The notes beneath the pieces are model-generated. The model made no database searches, had not been told where the DNA came from, and saw only the letters and a list, made by a program, of their open reading frames with translations. 64,000 bases of DNA. Source: Parcubacteria group bacterium. Lineage in GTDB: Bacteria; Patescibacteriota; Minisyncoccia; Phycocordibacterales; UBA2135. A program made the translations under genes and the position numbers. Position 1 is the stretch's first letter. Each line of letters opens with the position of its first letter. The stretch spans positions 25,952 through 89,951 of the forward strand of contig JACQLS010000030.1 of NCBI GenBank assembly GCA_016204005.1, read 5' to 3'. Below, piece after piece: positions 54,578 to 62,516 of this stretch.

Positions 54578-55765
54578 ATGGCGCGCACGTCCCAGATCGG
54601 TGTGCTTCGTGAACGTATGAAGGGTGAGCACAGAGTTGCCATCACCCCCGATGGTGTTCGCACCTTGTCTGAAAAAGGGCACGTCGTGTCTGTGGAATCC
54701 TCTGCGGGGAAGGGTTCTGGCTTTTCTGATGAAGACTATGTTGCGGCTGGGGCTGTACTACAGCCAACCGCCGGGGACGTTATTAACAATTCGAAAATCG
54801 TTGTGAAGGTAAAAGGACTCACGGCGGACGAACGTTCTGTGCTTCCCTTGCTTCGCAGTAAAGTGCTTTGCTGCTTTCCGCACTTTGCCGGGTATACCGA
54901 ACATTGGATGAAGCTATTTCTGGATCATGAAATTACGGTCTTTGGATATGAGACCATACAGAATGACGATGGCCGCCTACCCGTCCTTGCCCCAATGAGC
55001 GCAATCGCAGGTATCGCCGCGGTGCAATATGGCGCGCACTATCTGCAAAAGCAAAAGGGCGGTCTCGGAATAACACTGGGCGCTGTGTCATTGTCAGCGC
55101 ACGCCGGCCACATCATTATCGGAGAACCCACTGTTCCCACTGCAAACGTGGTAGTCGTTGGCGGAGGAGTCGCCGGATTTCATGCAGTAGAAACAGCCGC
55201 AGGTATGGGCGCTCGAGTGCTGTTGTTTGAGAAAAACCCCGGTGTGCGCGAGCGTTTGAGGGAATACTTTAAGAAAACTAATGCCGTCATCATTGTTGGT
55301 GACCCAGACAAGATTTTTCCCGAAGCGCTCAAGGAAGCCGATCTACTCATCAGCGCCGTTTCAAGCCCGGGTGCTCGAGCGCCGCACATTCTTGACAGTG
55401 CGATGGTGCATTCTATGAAAAGAGGCGCTGTCATCGTCGATATCGCGATTGATCAAGGCGGCTCGCTGTGGGGAGCAAGACCAACGAGCCACGAGCAACC
55501 AGTAACACAACTCGGCAATGGTGTCTTGTATTGCGCAATCCCCAACATCCCGGGACAATTTCCCCGGCAGTCGACTCCGGCTCTTGCGAGCGCGCTTAGG
55601 CCGTTCCTCGCCATCCTTGCCGATGAGGGTGTTTTGAAAGGAGTTACTAACTATTCTTTGCTTAAGTCAGGTCTCCAGACACACGGCGGATGGATTACAA
55701 ATGAAGCGGTCGCACGCGATTTAGGAATGATGAGTTATTTTCGTAAGCCGGAAGACGCGCTTTAG
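54578..55765 (+). CDS. ald: Alanine dehydrogenase / PNT-alpha family NAD(H)-dependent dehydrogenase
   Basis: HRVAITPDGV N-terminal AlaDH motif and VVVVGGGVAGFHAVETAAGMGARV dinucleotide-binding fold; start at the Met with an AGGAGAG SD. Confidence 0.65.
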   Translation: MARTSQIGVLRERMKGEHRVAITPDGVRTLSEKGHVVSVESSAGKGSGFSDEDYVAAGAVLQPTAGDVINNSKIVVKVKGLTADERSVLPLLRSKVLCCFPHFAGYTEHWMKLFLDHEITVFGYETIQNDDGRLPVLAPMSAIAGIAAVQYGAHYLQKQKGGLGITLGAVSLSAHAGHIIIGEPTVPTANVVVVGGGVAGFHAVETAAGMGARVLLFEKNPGVRERLREYFKKTNAVIIVGDPDKIFPEALKEADLLISAVSSPGARAPHILDSAMVHSMKRGAVIVDIAIDQGGSLWGARPTSHEQPVTQLGNGVLYCAIPNIPGQFPRQSTPALASALRPFLAILADEGVLKGVTNYSLLKSGLQTHGGWITNEAVARDLGMMSYFRKPEDAL

Positions 55766-55806
55766 TAGAACAAAAACGCAGTAGGTGCCGTATCGGCACC
55801 TTTTTC

Positions 55807-55835
55807 TTGCCATAAATACACCCATATTGTACAAT
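55807..55835 (+). promoter_or_regulatory. Sigma70-like promoter (-35 TTGCCA, 17-nt spacer, -10 TACAAT) ending 6 nt before the ftsH ATG, implying a leaderless transcript
   Basis: Read directly from the sequence. Confidence 0.5.
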
Positions 55836-55841
55836 GCTTTT

Positions 55842-57794
55842 ATGCAAGGTAAGGAGAAAAAAGCAGGGAAAATCGGCAAAAAAATACTAAAAGGGGTTAA
55901 AGAGGGCGGTATGAACCTGTCACCAAGGCAGGGCTTTTTTGGCAACGTGATGACGACACTGGTCATTCTCCTCATGATCGTCTTGGCTGCGTCCCTTTTT
56001 ATGACTGGCGAGAAAAAGACAGAAGAAATCGCAATCTCTCAAGTTGCGAAGGATATCCAAGCGGGAAGTGTGACGAAAGTTGTTGTTGAGGGAGAAGAGA
56101 TCACGCTTACCTACAAGGATGAGGTTACTAAGAAATCAAAGAAAGAACGAGAGACGGCACTCTCAGAGACGCTCGCGAACTACGGCGTGACTGCAGCGGA
56201 ACTTGCAACGATTGAAGTTGAGATCAAGAGAGAATCCGGCTTTTTCTACTGGCTGCTTCAGATAGCACCTTTCCTTTTGCCGCTCATCCTTATCGTTCTC
56301 TTCTTTTGGTACGTTTCGCGCCAAGTCAAAGGGGCGGGGATGCAAGCTTTTACCTTCGGACAGTCGAAGGCGCGCATGATTGATCCGGACGACAAAACAC
56401 AACGGGTACTTTTTAAAGATGTTGCAGGAGTGAAGGAGGCAAAGCACGAACTCGAAGAAGTCGTCGACTTTCTGAAGAGTCCAAAAAAGTTCCTCGACAT
56501 CGGTGCGCGGATCCCCAAGGGAGTGCTTCTCATGGGTGCTCCAGGTACGGGGAAGACGATGCTTGCGCGCGCGGTTGCGGGCGAAGCCAAGGTACCCTTT
56601 TTCTCCATCTCAGGTTCTGAATTTGTGGAGATGTTTGTCGGTGTAGGAGCTTCTCGTGTGCGAGACCTCTTCAAAATGGCAAAGAAAGTTGCTCCAGCAA
56701 TTGTCTTTATCGACGAGATCGACGCTGTCGGTCGTATCCGTGGCACAGGTATGGGTGGTGGGCACGACGAGCGTGAACAAACACTAAACCAAATTTTGGT
56801 AGAGATGGACGGCTTTGAGCCGAACGAGAAAGTAATCGTGATGGCGGCGACTAACCGCCCGGATGTTCTCGATCCCGCACTTCTTCGTCCGGGACGTTTC
56901 GATCGTCGGGTCATTCTTGATTTGCCGGACATTCATGATCGCGAGGCGATCTTGAAGATTCACTCAACCAAGAAGCCGCTCGCGGAGGATGTGAATCTTA
57001 AAATCATTGCGGAACGTACGCCAGGGTTCTCTGGCGCGGATCTGTACTCCCTCATGAACGAAGGAGCGATTCTTGCCGCACGGAACGACAGAAAAACAGT
57101 CACGCAACACGACCTCATTCGCTCGATAGAGAAGGTGATGCTAGGCCCCGAACGGCAGAGCCACCTCCTTTCGAAGAAAGAAAAAGAGATAACCGCTTAC
57201 CACGAGGCTGGGCATGCGCTTGTTGCCTCCATTTTGCCTCACGCGGACCCAGTCCATAAGATCTCGATCGTCTCGCGTGGACATGCGGGCGGCTATACAC
57301 TGAAGCTCCCACTTGAAGAGCGGCGCCTTCAGTCGCGTCGCGAATTTCTCGATGACATTGGTGTGTCACTCGGTGGATATGTTGCCGAAGAAATGATCTT
57401 TGGCGATATTACGACTGGGCCATCAAATGACCTCCAGGTTGGGTCTGCGCTTGCACGTGACATGGTGACAAAGTACGGCATGTCAGATGGGCTTGGGGCT
57501 GTTGCCTATGAAGAATCCGGTGGGCGTTCATACTTGGGACGTACGCGTGGAAGCGCCGATCGAGAATACTCTGAAGATATCTCTGCAAAAATAGACAAAG
57601 AAGTTGCGAAAATTGTTGACCGAGCATTGAAGCAGGTGAAAGAGCTTCTTACAAAACACCGAGATGTTCTCGAAGCGATTGCCCTGGAACTCATCCGTGT
57701 TGAGACACTTGAACGTGCTGAATTCGAAGCGCTCCTCAGGAAACACGGCATAAGCCCGAAGAGTAAAGTTGAGGCAACAGAAAAAACAAAGTAG
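55842..57794 (+). CDS. ftsH: ATP-dependent zinc metalloprotease FtsH
   Basis: [23 protein letters not shown] (AAA Walker A), [12 protein letters not shown] (HExxH). Confidence 0.9.
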   Translation: MQGKEKKAGKIGKKILKGVKEGGMNLSPRQGFFGNVMTTLVILLMIVLAASLFMTGEKKTEEIAISQVAKDIQAGSVTKVVVEGEEITLTYKDEVTKKSKKERETALSETLANYGVTAAELATIEVEIKRESGFFYWLLQIAPFLLPLILIVLFFWYVSRQVKGAGMQAFTFGQSKARMIDPDDKTQRVLFKDVAGVKEAKHELEEVVDFLKSPKKFLDIGARIPKGVLLMGAPGTGKTMLARAVAGEAKVPFFSISGSEFVEMFVGVGASRVRDLFKMAKKVAPAIVFIDEIDAVGRIRGTGMGGGHDEREQTLNQILVEMDGFEPNEKVIVMAATNRPDVLDPALLRPGRFDRRVILDLPDIHDREAILKIHSTKKPLAEDVNLKIIAERTPGFSGADLYSLMNEGAILAARNDRKTVTQHDLIRSIEKVMLGPERQSHLLSKKEKEITAYHEAGHALVASILPHADPVHKISIVSRGHAGGYTLKLPLEERRLQSRREFLDDIGVSLGGYVAEEMIFGDITTGPSNDLQVGSALARDMVTKYGMSDGLGAVAYEESGGRSYLGRTRGSADREYSEDISAKIDKEVAKIVDRALKQVKELLTKHRDVLEAIALELIRVETLERAEFEALLRKHGISPKSKVEATEKTK

Positions 57795-57828
57795 TATAGA
57801 GAAGACCAAAGCCGCTACGGCTTAGGGC

Positions 57829-57901
57829 GTGCCCGTAGCTCAATGGTTAGAGCACAGAGCTTATACCTCTGCGGTTCCTGGTTCGAGTCCAGGCGGGCAC
57901 A
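57829..57901 (+). tRNA. tRNA with anticodon UAU (reads AUA; tRNA-Ile2-like)
   Basis: Cloverleaf traced by hand. Acceptor GTGCCCG/CGGGCAC with discriminator A; D-arm GCTC-AATGGTTA-GAGC. Anticodon arm CAGAG-CTTATAC-CTCTG with U33 and A37. T-arm CCTGG-TTCGAGT-CCAGG. No encoded CCA. Confidence 0.75.
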
Positions 57902-57913
57902 TAGAGTTGTATC

Positions 57914-58831
57914 ATGCGTTCCGTATTTGAGAAAAACGGCATAACATGGGTGAAGGTGACCGAGCCCAACAGGGGCGACTTTAAGTTTGTCAAAAACTTA
58001 TTTCCCTTCCACCCGCTTGTCATCGAATCCATCGAGTCGCCGACACTTCACCCAGCGCTCGAACAATACAAAGACCACCTCTTCCTTATTCTCCACTTTC
58101 CAATCATTTACCGTGATGCATCGAAAAACAAAGCAGTGGAGGTGGATTTTCTTATCACTAAGAATACACTTGTGACACTGACATATGAACCATATGCTCA
58201 GCTCGACAAGATGTTTAAGAAGTTCGAGAAAGACGAAGAACTACAAAATGAGCTCTTGGGGGAGCACACCGGGAAGCTCGTCCACGGCACCATTGAATGG
58301 CTCATGAAATCGCTCCTAAACGATCTTGATTTCCTTGAGGAAACAGTGACAGACATTGAAGATAGGATTTTCGAAGAGAAACACGCCTCAATCATTGAAG
58401 AGATCTCGAACGTACGGCGCGACATATTGGATTTTCGCCGGACGACTGCTCCGCATCAGACTATTTTAAAACAGCTTTTGCCCCAGGTTGCGAAGGAATT
58501 TTACGGGAACGATATGGAGCCATATTTCGTGGACCTCGCGAGAAACGAAAGCAAAGTGCGGCACCTCATAGAAAACCACAAGGAGACGATTGAGGCGCTC
58601 CATGCGACAAACGAATCGCTGACCTCAAACAGGGTCTCAAAGATCGTGACGCTTCTCACTATATTCTCGACTATCATTCTGCCGCTCAACTTCATGGCAT
58701 CCCTTTGGGGGATGAACCATGAGTTTTTGCCGCTCCGCGATGGTCCGTATGACTTTTGGGTTCTTCTCACGCTCATGTTTGTCATAGGGGCAACCCTTAT
58801 TATCTACTTCCGTCATATGAAGTGGTTATAG
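57914..58831 (+). CDS. corA: Magnesium/cobalt transporter CorA
   Basis: C-terminal two TM helices with WGMNHEF (GMN motif). Confidence 0.8.
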   Translation: MRSVFEKNGITWVKVTEPNRGDFKFVKNLFPFHPLVIESIESPTLHPALEQYKDHLFLILHFPIIYRDASKNKAVEVDFLITKNTLVTLTYEPYAQLDKMFKKFEKDEELQNELLGEHTGKLVHGTIEWLMKSLLNDLDFLEETVTDIEDRIFEEKHASIIEEISNVRRDILDFRRTTAPHQTILKQLLPQVAKEFYGNDMEPYFVDLARNESKVRHLIENHKETIEALHATNESLTSNRVSKIVTLLTIFSTIILPLNFMASLWGMNHEFLPLRDGPYDFWVLLTLMFVIGATLIIYFRHMKWL

Positions 58832-58936
58832 TATCTCGATCTTTGGGAAGGCCGCGCCGAACTCTGCGCGGCCTTTTTGATTTTAAAAAGTCCCCAGCCT
58901 TCTTGCGTGCAAAAGAGGTCGTAGTATTATAAGAGT

Positions 58937-59170
58937 ATGGATACTGGAATAAAAATAAGTCCCGCCCTAATTGGCGCAGGAGTTCTCGTCCTTATTCTCA
59001 TTGTGATCGGCTTCTGGTTTTTACCGCAGAAGCAAGAGGGCGCGCTTCAAAGTGCCGAGGAGGCAAGTGGGGCAGTGCCAGAGATCTCGACTAATCCGGC
59101 CGAGTCGGTGCCAGAGGTAAACCCAGTCGATCGTGCGAACCCCTTTAAATACGATAATCCCCTCCGATAA
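58937..59170 (+). CDS. Small single-pass membrane protein (77 aa), unknown function
   Basis: One TM helix then an acidic/Pro-rich tail; 3 nt upstream of the Cys-repeat protein gene. Confidence 0.4.
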   Translation: MDTGIKISPALIGAGVLVLILIVIGFWFLPQKQEGALQSAEEASGAVPEISTNPAESVPEVNPVDRANPFKYDNPLR

Positions 59171-59173
59171 CAT

Positions 59174-61672
59174 ATGTCCCTTGTTCTCTCTAAAAAATTG
59201 TCAGCCCTCACGATCTTTTTCGCAGGGCTCTTTATGAGTTTGTCTCTTGTTGCTACCGCTCTCGCGGCGACACAAGACTCCTCGATTTCTTTGAAGAAAG
59301 ACCCCAGCTCTGGACTTTTCGTCCTTACTGTGAGAGACCCGGACGGCATTCAGGAGTTCTCTCTTAAGCCAGTTAGGGGGTCTTCTTATGGTGGCGGGCT
59401 AGGTAGCTGTCCTCGGACTTTCACGAGCGACAATGTCGCTGTCTTCACCGACCTCTCTTTTGATCCGGCAATGCCAGCTTTTGTCATTGACTGTAATAAC
59501 AACACAACCGAACTTGAAATCGGCGCTCTTAAAAATGGGTTCACCTCAAGCAGCATTGTGAAGAAAGAAACGCCAGTCACGGAGTCCGTCGATGCAGCCA
59601 CCACACCAACATCCACGAAACAAGAAGAAAAGGAAGAAGACGAGAGTTCCCTCGGGAACGTAACATTTCCCGTGCCGGAACTGGGCAACTGCAAGAGTGA
59701 GAATGATTGCCGGTCCTATTGCGATAACGCCGATCATGCTAAGGAGTGCCTCACCTTTGCTAAGAAGCACAACCTTATCTCCGAAGAAGAAGCTGAAGAG
59801 GCGGCCGACAAGTTTTTGAATGTTAAAAATGGCCCAGGGGGATGCGATTCATGGTCTTCCTGCGAATCATATTGCAGCAGCATTGACCGTTTGGACGAAT
59901 GTATTTCGTTTGCCGAGAAATCAGGGCACTCAAATGAAAAGATAGCAGAAGCAAAAAAGATTCAGGCCTTAGTCAAAAGTGGCAAGCAATTTCCGGGTGG
60001 TTGCAAAGATCGAAACTCATGCGAGCTGTATTGTGCAGACGTAACACACATGGAAGAGTGTATTGCCTTTGCCGAAGATGCTGGTTTTATGCCGGAAGAG
60101 GAGTTGAGGCAAGCAAAGAAGATTCTACCATTGATGAAGCGTGGCGAAATGCCGGGCGGATGCACCTCCAAGGAACAGTGCGAGAAATACTGTGAAGCCG
60201 AAACCCACTTTGAAGAATGTATCGCTTTTGCCGAAAAGGCAGACCTTCTTTCTGGTGAAGAAAAAGAGATGTTGAGAAAGACGGGCGGGAAGGGGCCTGG
60301 CGGTTGTAAGGGCAAAAAACAATGCGAGGCATATTGCGAGACCAACTCAGAAGCGTGTTTCAACTGGGCGAAAGAAAATGGTGTTTTGAAAGAAGAAGAT
60401 CTTGCAAAAATGCGCGAGGGAATGACACGCTTCCGCGACGAACTCGATAAGATGCCTCCGGAGGTTGTATCTTGTCTCAAACAGAACATGGGCGAGGAAA
60501 ACTTCACAAAGATGTCGAGTGGCGAGCCTGTGTTCGACCGCTCTCTTGAGGGCAAAATGAAATCATGCTTCGGCGCCATAACCAAACAAGTAAGCAGCCA
60601 ACTGCACTCTCTGCCACCAGAAGCAGCCGAGTGTATCAAGAACACTATAGGAGAAGACGGCCTCTCGAAGCTTCAAAGCGGAGAGTTTGATCCCACCACC
60701 ACCGATTTTGGTAGTTTGGAGACCTGTTTCCAAAAGATACAGGAGTCATTCGGTGGTCCAGGAGGTTTGGGAGGGCCAGGCGGTTGCAAATCTAAGGAAG
60801 AATGTCAGGCGTATTGTGAATCTAACCAAGAAGAGTGCAAAGGCTTCAGCCCTTCAGGTGGCGGCGGTTTCTCGGGAGGGGGATCAGGTGGCTTCTCCGG
60901 TCCAGGCGGGTGCCATTCAATAGATGAATGCACCGCGTATTGTGAAGGCAATCCCGAAAAGTGCCAAAACTTCGGACCTTCAGGTGGCGGCGGGTTTCCG
61001 GGTGGTCCCGACGGCGGATTCCCTGGCGATGGGGCGACCAGAGAACAATTCCCCGGCGGTGGAGCAACGGGCGGCGGGTTTCCGGGAGGACCAGGCGGGT
61101 GCACCAGCCAAGAAGAGTGCAGGGTGTACTGTGAAAAAAATCCAAGAGAATGCCAAGGGTTTACTCCTCCCGGTGGAGGTCCTGCCTACCAAAACGAGTC
61201 GCAGATAAGGCATGATGGAGGAGCCGAAGAATGCGCAAAGCGGGGCGGCAAATTTGATGGTAGTACGTGTGTCTTTCCCGAGAGGTCTATAGACGGAAGG
61301 AATACATCGATATGCCCCTCTATGCCTACTGTTGATTCCTGTCCCTCTGGACAAGAGAAGGTCGTGACCTTCAAGTCGAGTGAGTGTGGTGAATATTACG
61401 GATGTAAACCGGCATCCAATACAGAAGTGACTAATCCCAGCTCCGGTTACGAGCAACAATACAAAGAAGAATACCAGAGACAATACGAAGAGCAGTACAA
61501 ATTACAGTATCAACCACAGTATCAGCCGCCACCAGCACCATATCCGGACAGCGGTACATACCAACCGCCAACTACTGCACCGCAAGAGGGCGAGACGCGC
61601 CTGTATCAAGCTCCTGAGGGCTCACTCGGAGCAAATGTTCGAGCAATCTTAAGCGGCCTTGCTCATAAGTAG
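59174..61672 (+). CDS. Secreted protein (signal peptide) built from 8 tandem copies of a four-cysteine module (PGGC-x5-C-x2-YC-x6-7-EC), with Gly-rich linkers and a C-terminal Q/Y/P-rich tail
   Basis: Repeats read directly, e.g. GPGGCDSWSSCESYCSSIDRLDEC, FPGGCKDRNSCELYCADVTHMEEC, GPGGCKSKEECQAYCESNQEEC, GPGGCTSQEECRVYCEKNPREC. N-terminal hydrophobic signal MSLVLSKKLSALTIFFAGLFMSLSLVATALAA. Confidence 0.6.
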   Translation: MSLVLSKKLSALTIFFAGLFMSLSLVATALAATQDSSISLKKDPSSGLFVLTVRDPDGIQEFSLKPVRGSSYGGGLGSCPRTFTSDNVAVFTDLSFDPAMPAFVIDCNNNTTELEIGALKNGFTSSSIVKKETPVTESVDAATTPTSTKQEEKEEDESSLGNVTFPVPELGNCKSENDCRSYCDNADHAKECLTFAKKHNLISEEEAEEAADKFLNVKNGPGGCDSWSSCESYCSSIDRLDECISFAEKSGHSNEKIAEAKKIQALVKSGKQFPGGCKDRNSCELYCADVTHMEECIAFAEDAGFMPEEELRQAKKILPLMKRGEMPGGCTSKEQCEKYCEAETHFEECIAFAEKADLLSGEEKEMLRKTGGKGPGGCKGKKQCEAYCETNSEACFNWAKENGVLKEEDLAKMREGMTRFRDELDKMPPEVVSCLKQNMGEENFTKMSSGEPVFDRSLEGKMKSCFGAITKQVSSQLHSLPPEAAECIKNTIGEDGLSKLQSGEFDPTTTDFGSLETCFQKIQESFGGPGGLGGPGGCKSKEECQAYCESNQEECKGFSPSGGGGFSGGGSGGFSGPGGCHSIDECTAYCEGNPEKCQNFGPSGGGGFPGGPDGGFPGDGATREQFPGGGATGGGFPGGPGGCTSQEECRVYCEKNPRECQGFTPPGGGPAYQNESQIRHDGGAEECAKRGGKFDGSTCVFPERSIDGRNTSICPSMPTVDSCPSGQEKVVTFKSSECGEYYGCKPASNTEVTNPSSGYEQQYKEEYQRQYEEQYKLQYQPQYQPPPAPYPDSGTYQPPTTAPQEGETRLYQAPEGSLGANVRAILSGLAHK

Positions 61673-61816
61673 TAAAGAAATATCTGTGAAATCACCCCCG
61701 ACAGCATCATCGGAGGTGATTTCTTTTGTGCTTTTGCGTTTTCGAAGGTCGTCTTCCAGCGCGGGCGTTTTTTGGTATACTGCCGTAAGAGTCCGTTGTC
61801 TTGGAAGTGTGGTGGC

Positions 61817-62458
61817 ATGAGTCGCCCTCCCTCAAGAAAGACCACAAAAAAAGTTGGGGAACTCCCCGCGCTTGAATTGACATCGCTCATACACGCCCTG
61901 GTGGCCGATGAGGTCAAGGGCTCCTTTGAAGATATTTGGCGACGAGTTCATTTACCCCTCCTCCTGAAGCGCCAAGTGTTGCTTTTTGGTGTGATTGACG
62001 AGGATACATCGGAGCGCGTCATAGAAAGTTTGCTGCTCCTTGAGGCAGGTTCGGATCTTCCCATCACACTCTACGTACATTCGCATGGTGGCGACATAGA
62101 TGCGTCGCTTGAGATTTGTGCCGCCATCCAGCATCTCGAAGCCCCCGTTGACGCAATCGTCGTCGGTAAGGCACAGTCATCCGCCTTTCATATTCTGCAA
62201 GCGTGCAGGAAAAGAAATGCGTATTCGTGCGCTACGTTCATGTTGCATGGCCCTCGATTCGTGAATCTCCGTACGGATGCACCCGGGTTTAACAGAAATG
62301 TTCGACAAATGAGGCGTGATTTTGAAAGCATCCTTCAAATGATTGCAGACAGAAGTCGTCTTTCTCTGGAGGAGATTCGTGCGTTCTCTCGCGAGGAAGC
62401 AACGTTCACTGCCGCAGAAGCTCTTCGCCACGGTTTTATTGACACCATCATACGTTAA
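61817..62458 (+). CDS. ClpP-family (peptidase S14) proteolytic subunit-like protein, divergent
   Basis: Alignable to ClpP: LYVHSHGGDIDASLEICAAIQHL (compare [23 protein letters not shown]), GKAQSSAF (Ser), MLHGP (His). Confidence 0.55.
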   Translation: MSRPPSRKTTKKVGELPALELTSLIHALVADEVKGSFEDIWRRVHLPLLLKRQVLLFGVIDEDTSERVIESLLLLEAGSDLPITLYVHSHGGDIDASLEICAAIQHLEAPVDAIVVGKAQSSAFHILQACRKRNAYSCATFMLHGPRFVNLRTDAPGFNRNVRQMRRDFESILQMIADRSRLSLEEIRAFSREEATFTAAEALRHGFIDTIIR

Positions 62459-62467
62459 AGCAAAAGC

Positions 62468-62505
62468 GGTCGCCTCAGCCAGTTGACGGAGGCGACCCTT
62501 TTTAT
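62468..62505. terminator. Bidirectional terminator (ggtcgcctc ... gaggcgacc + CTTTTTAT) between the clpP-like gene and convergent recG
   Basis: Read directly from the sequence. Confidence 0.6.
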
Positions 62506-62516
62506 GAGAAACTGCT

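Noticed and set aside
56258-56932. 224-aa minus-strand ORF rich in Ser/Arg/Pro
   Set aside because: Antisense to ftsH; compositional artefact.
59962-61483. Several minus-strand ORFs (59962..60645, 60805..61104 Pro-rich PPGPPGNPP, 60846..61145, 60980..61483)
   Set aside because: Antisense to the Cys-repeat gene. The Pro-rich ones are the reverse-complement reading of the GGx-encoding linkers.
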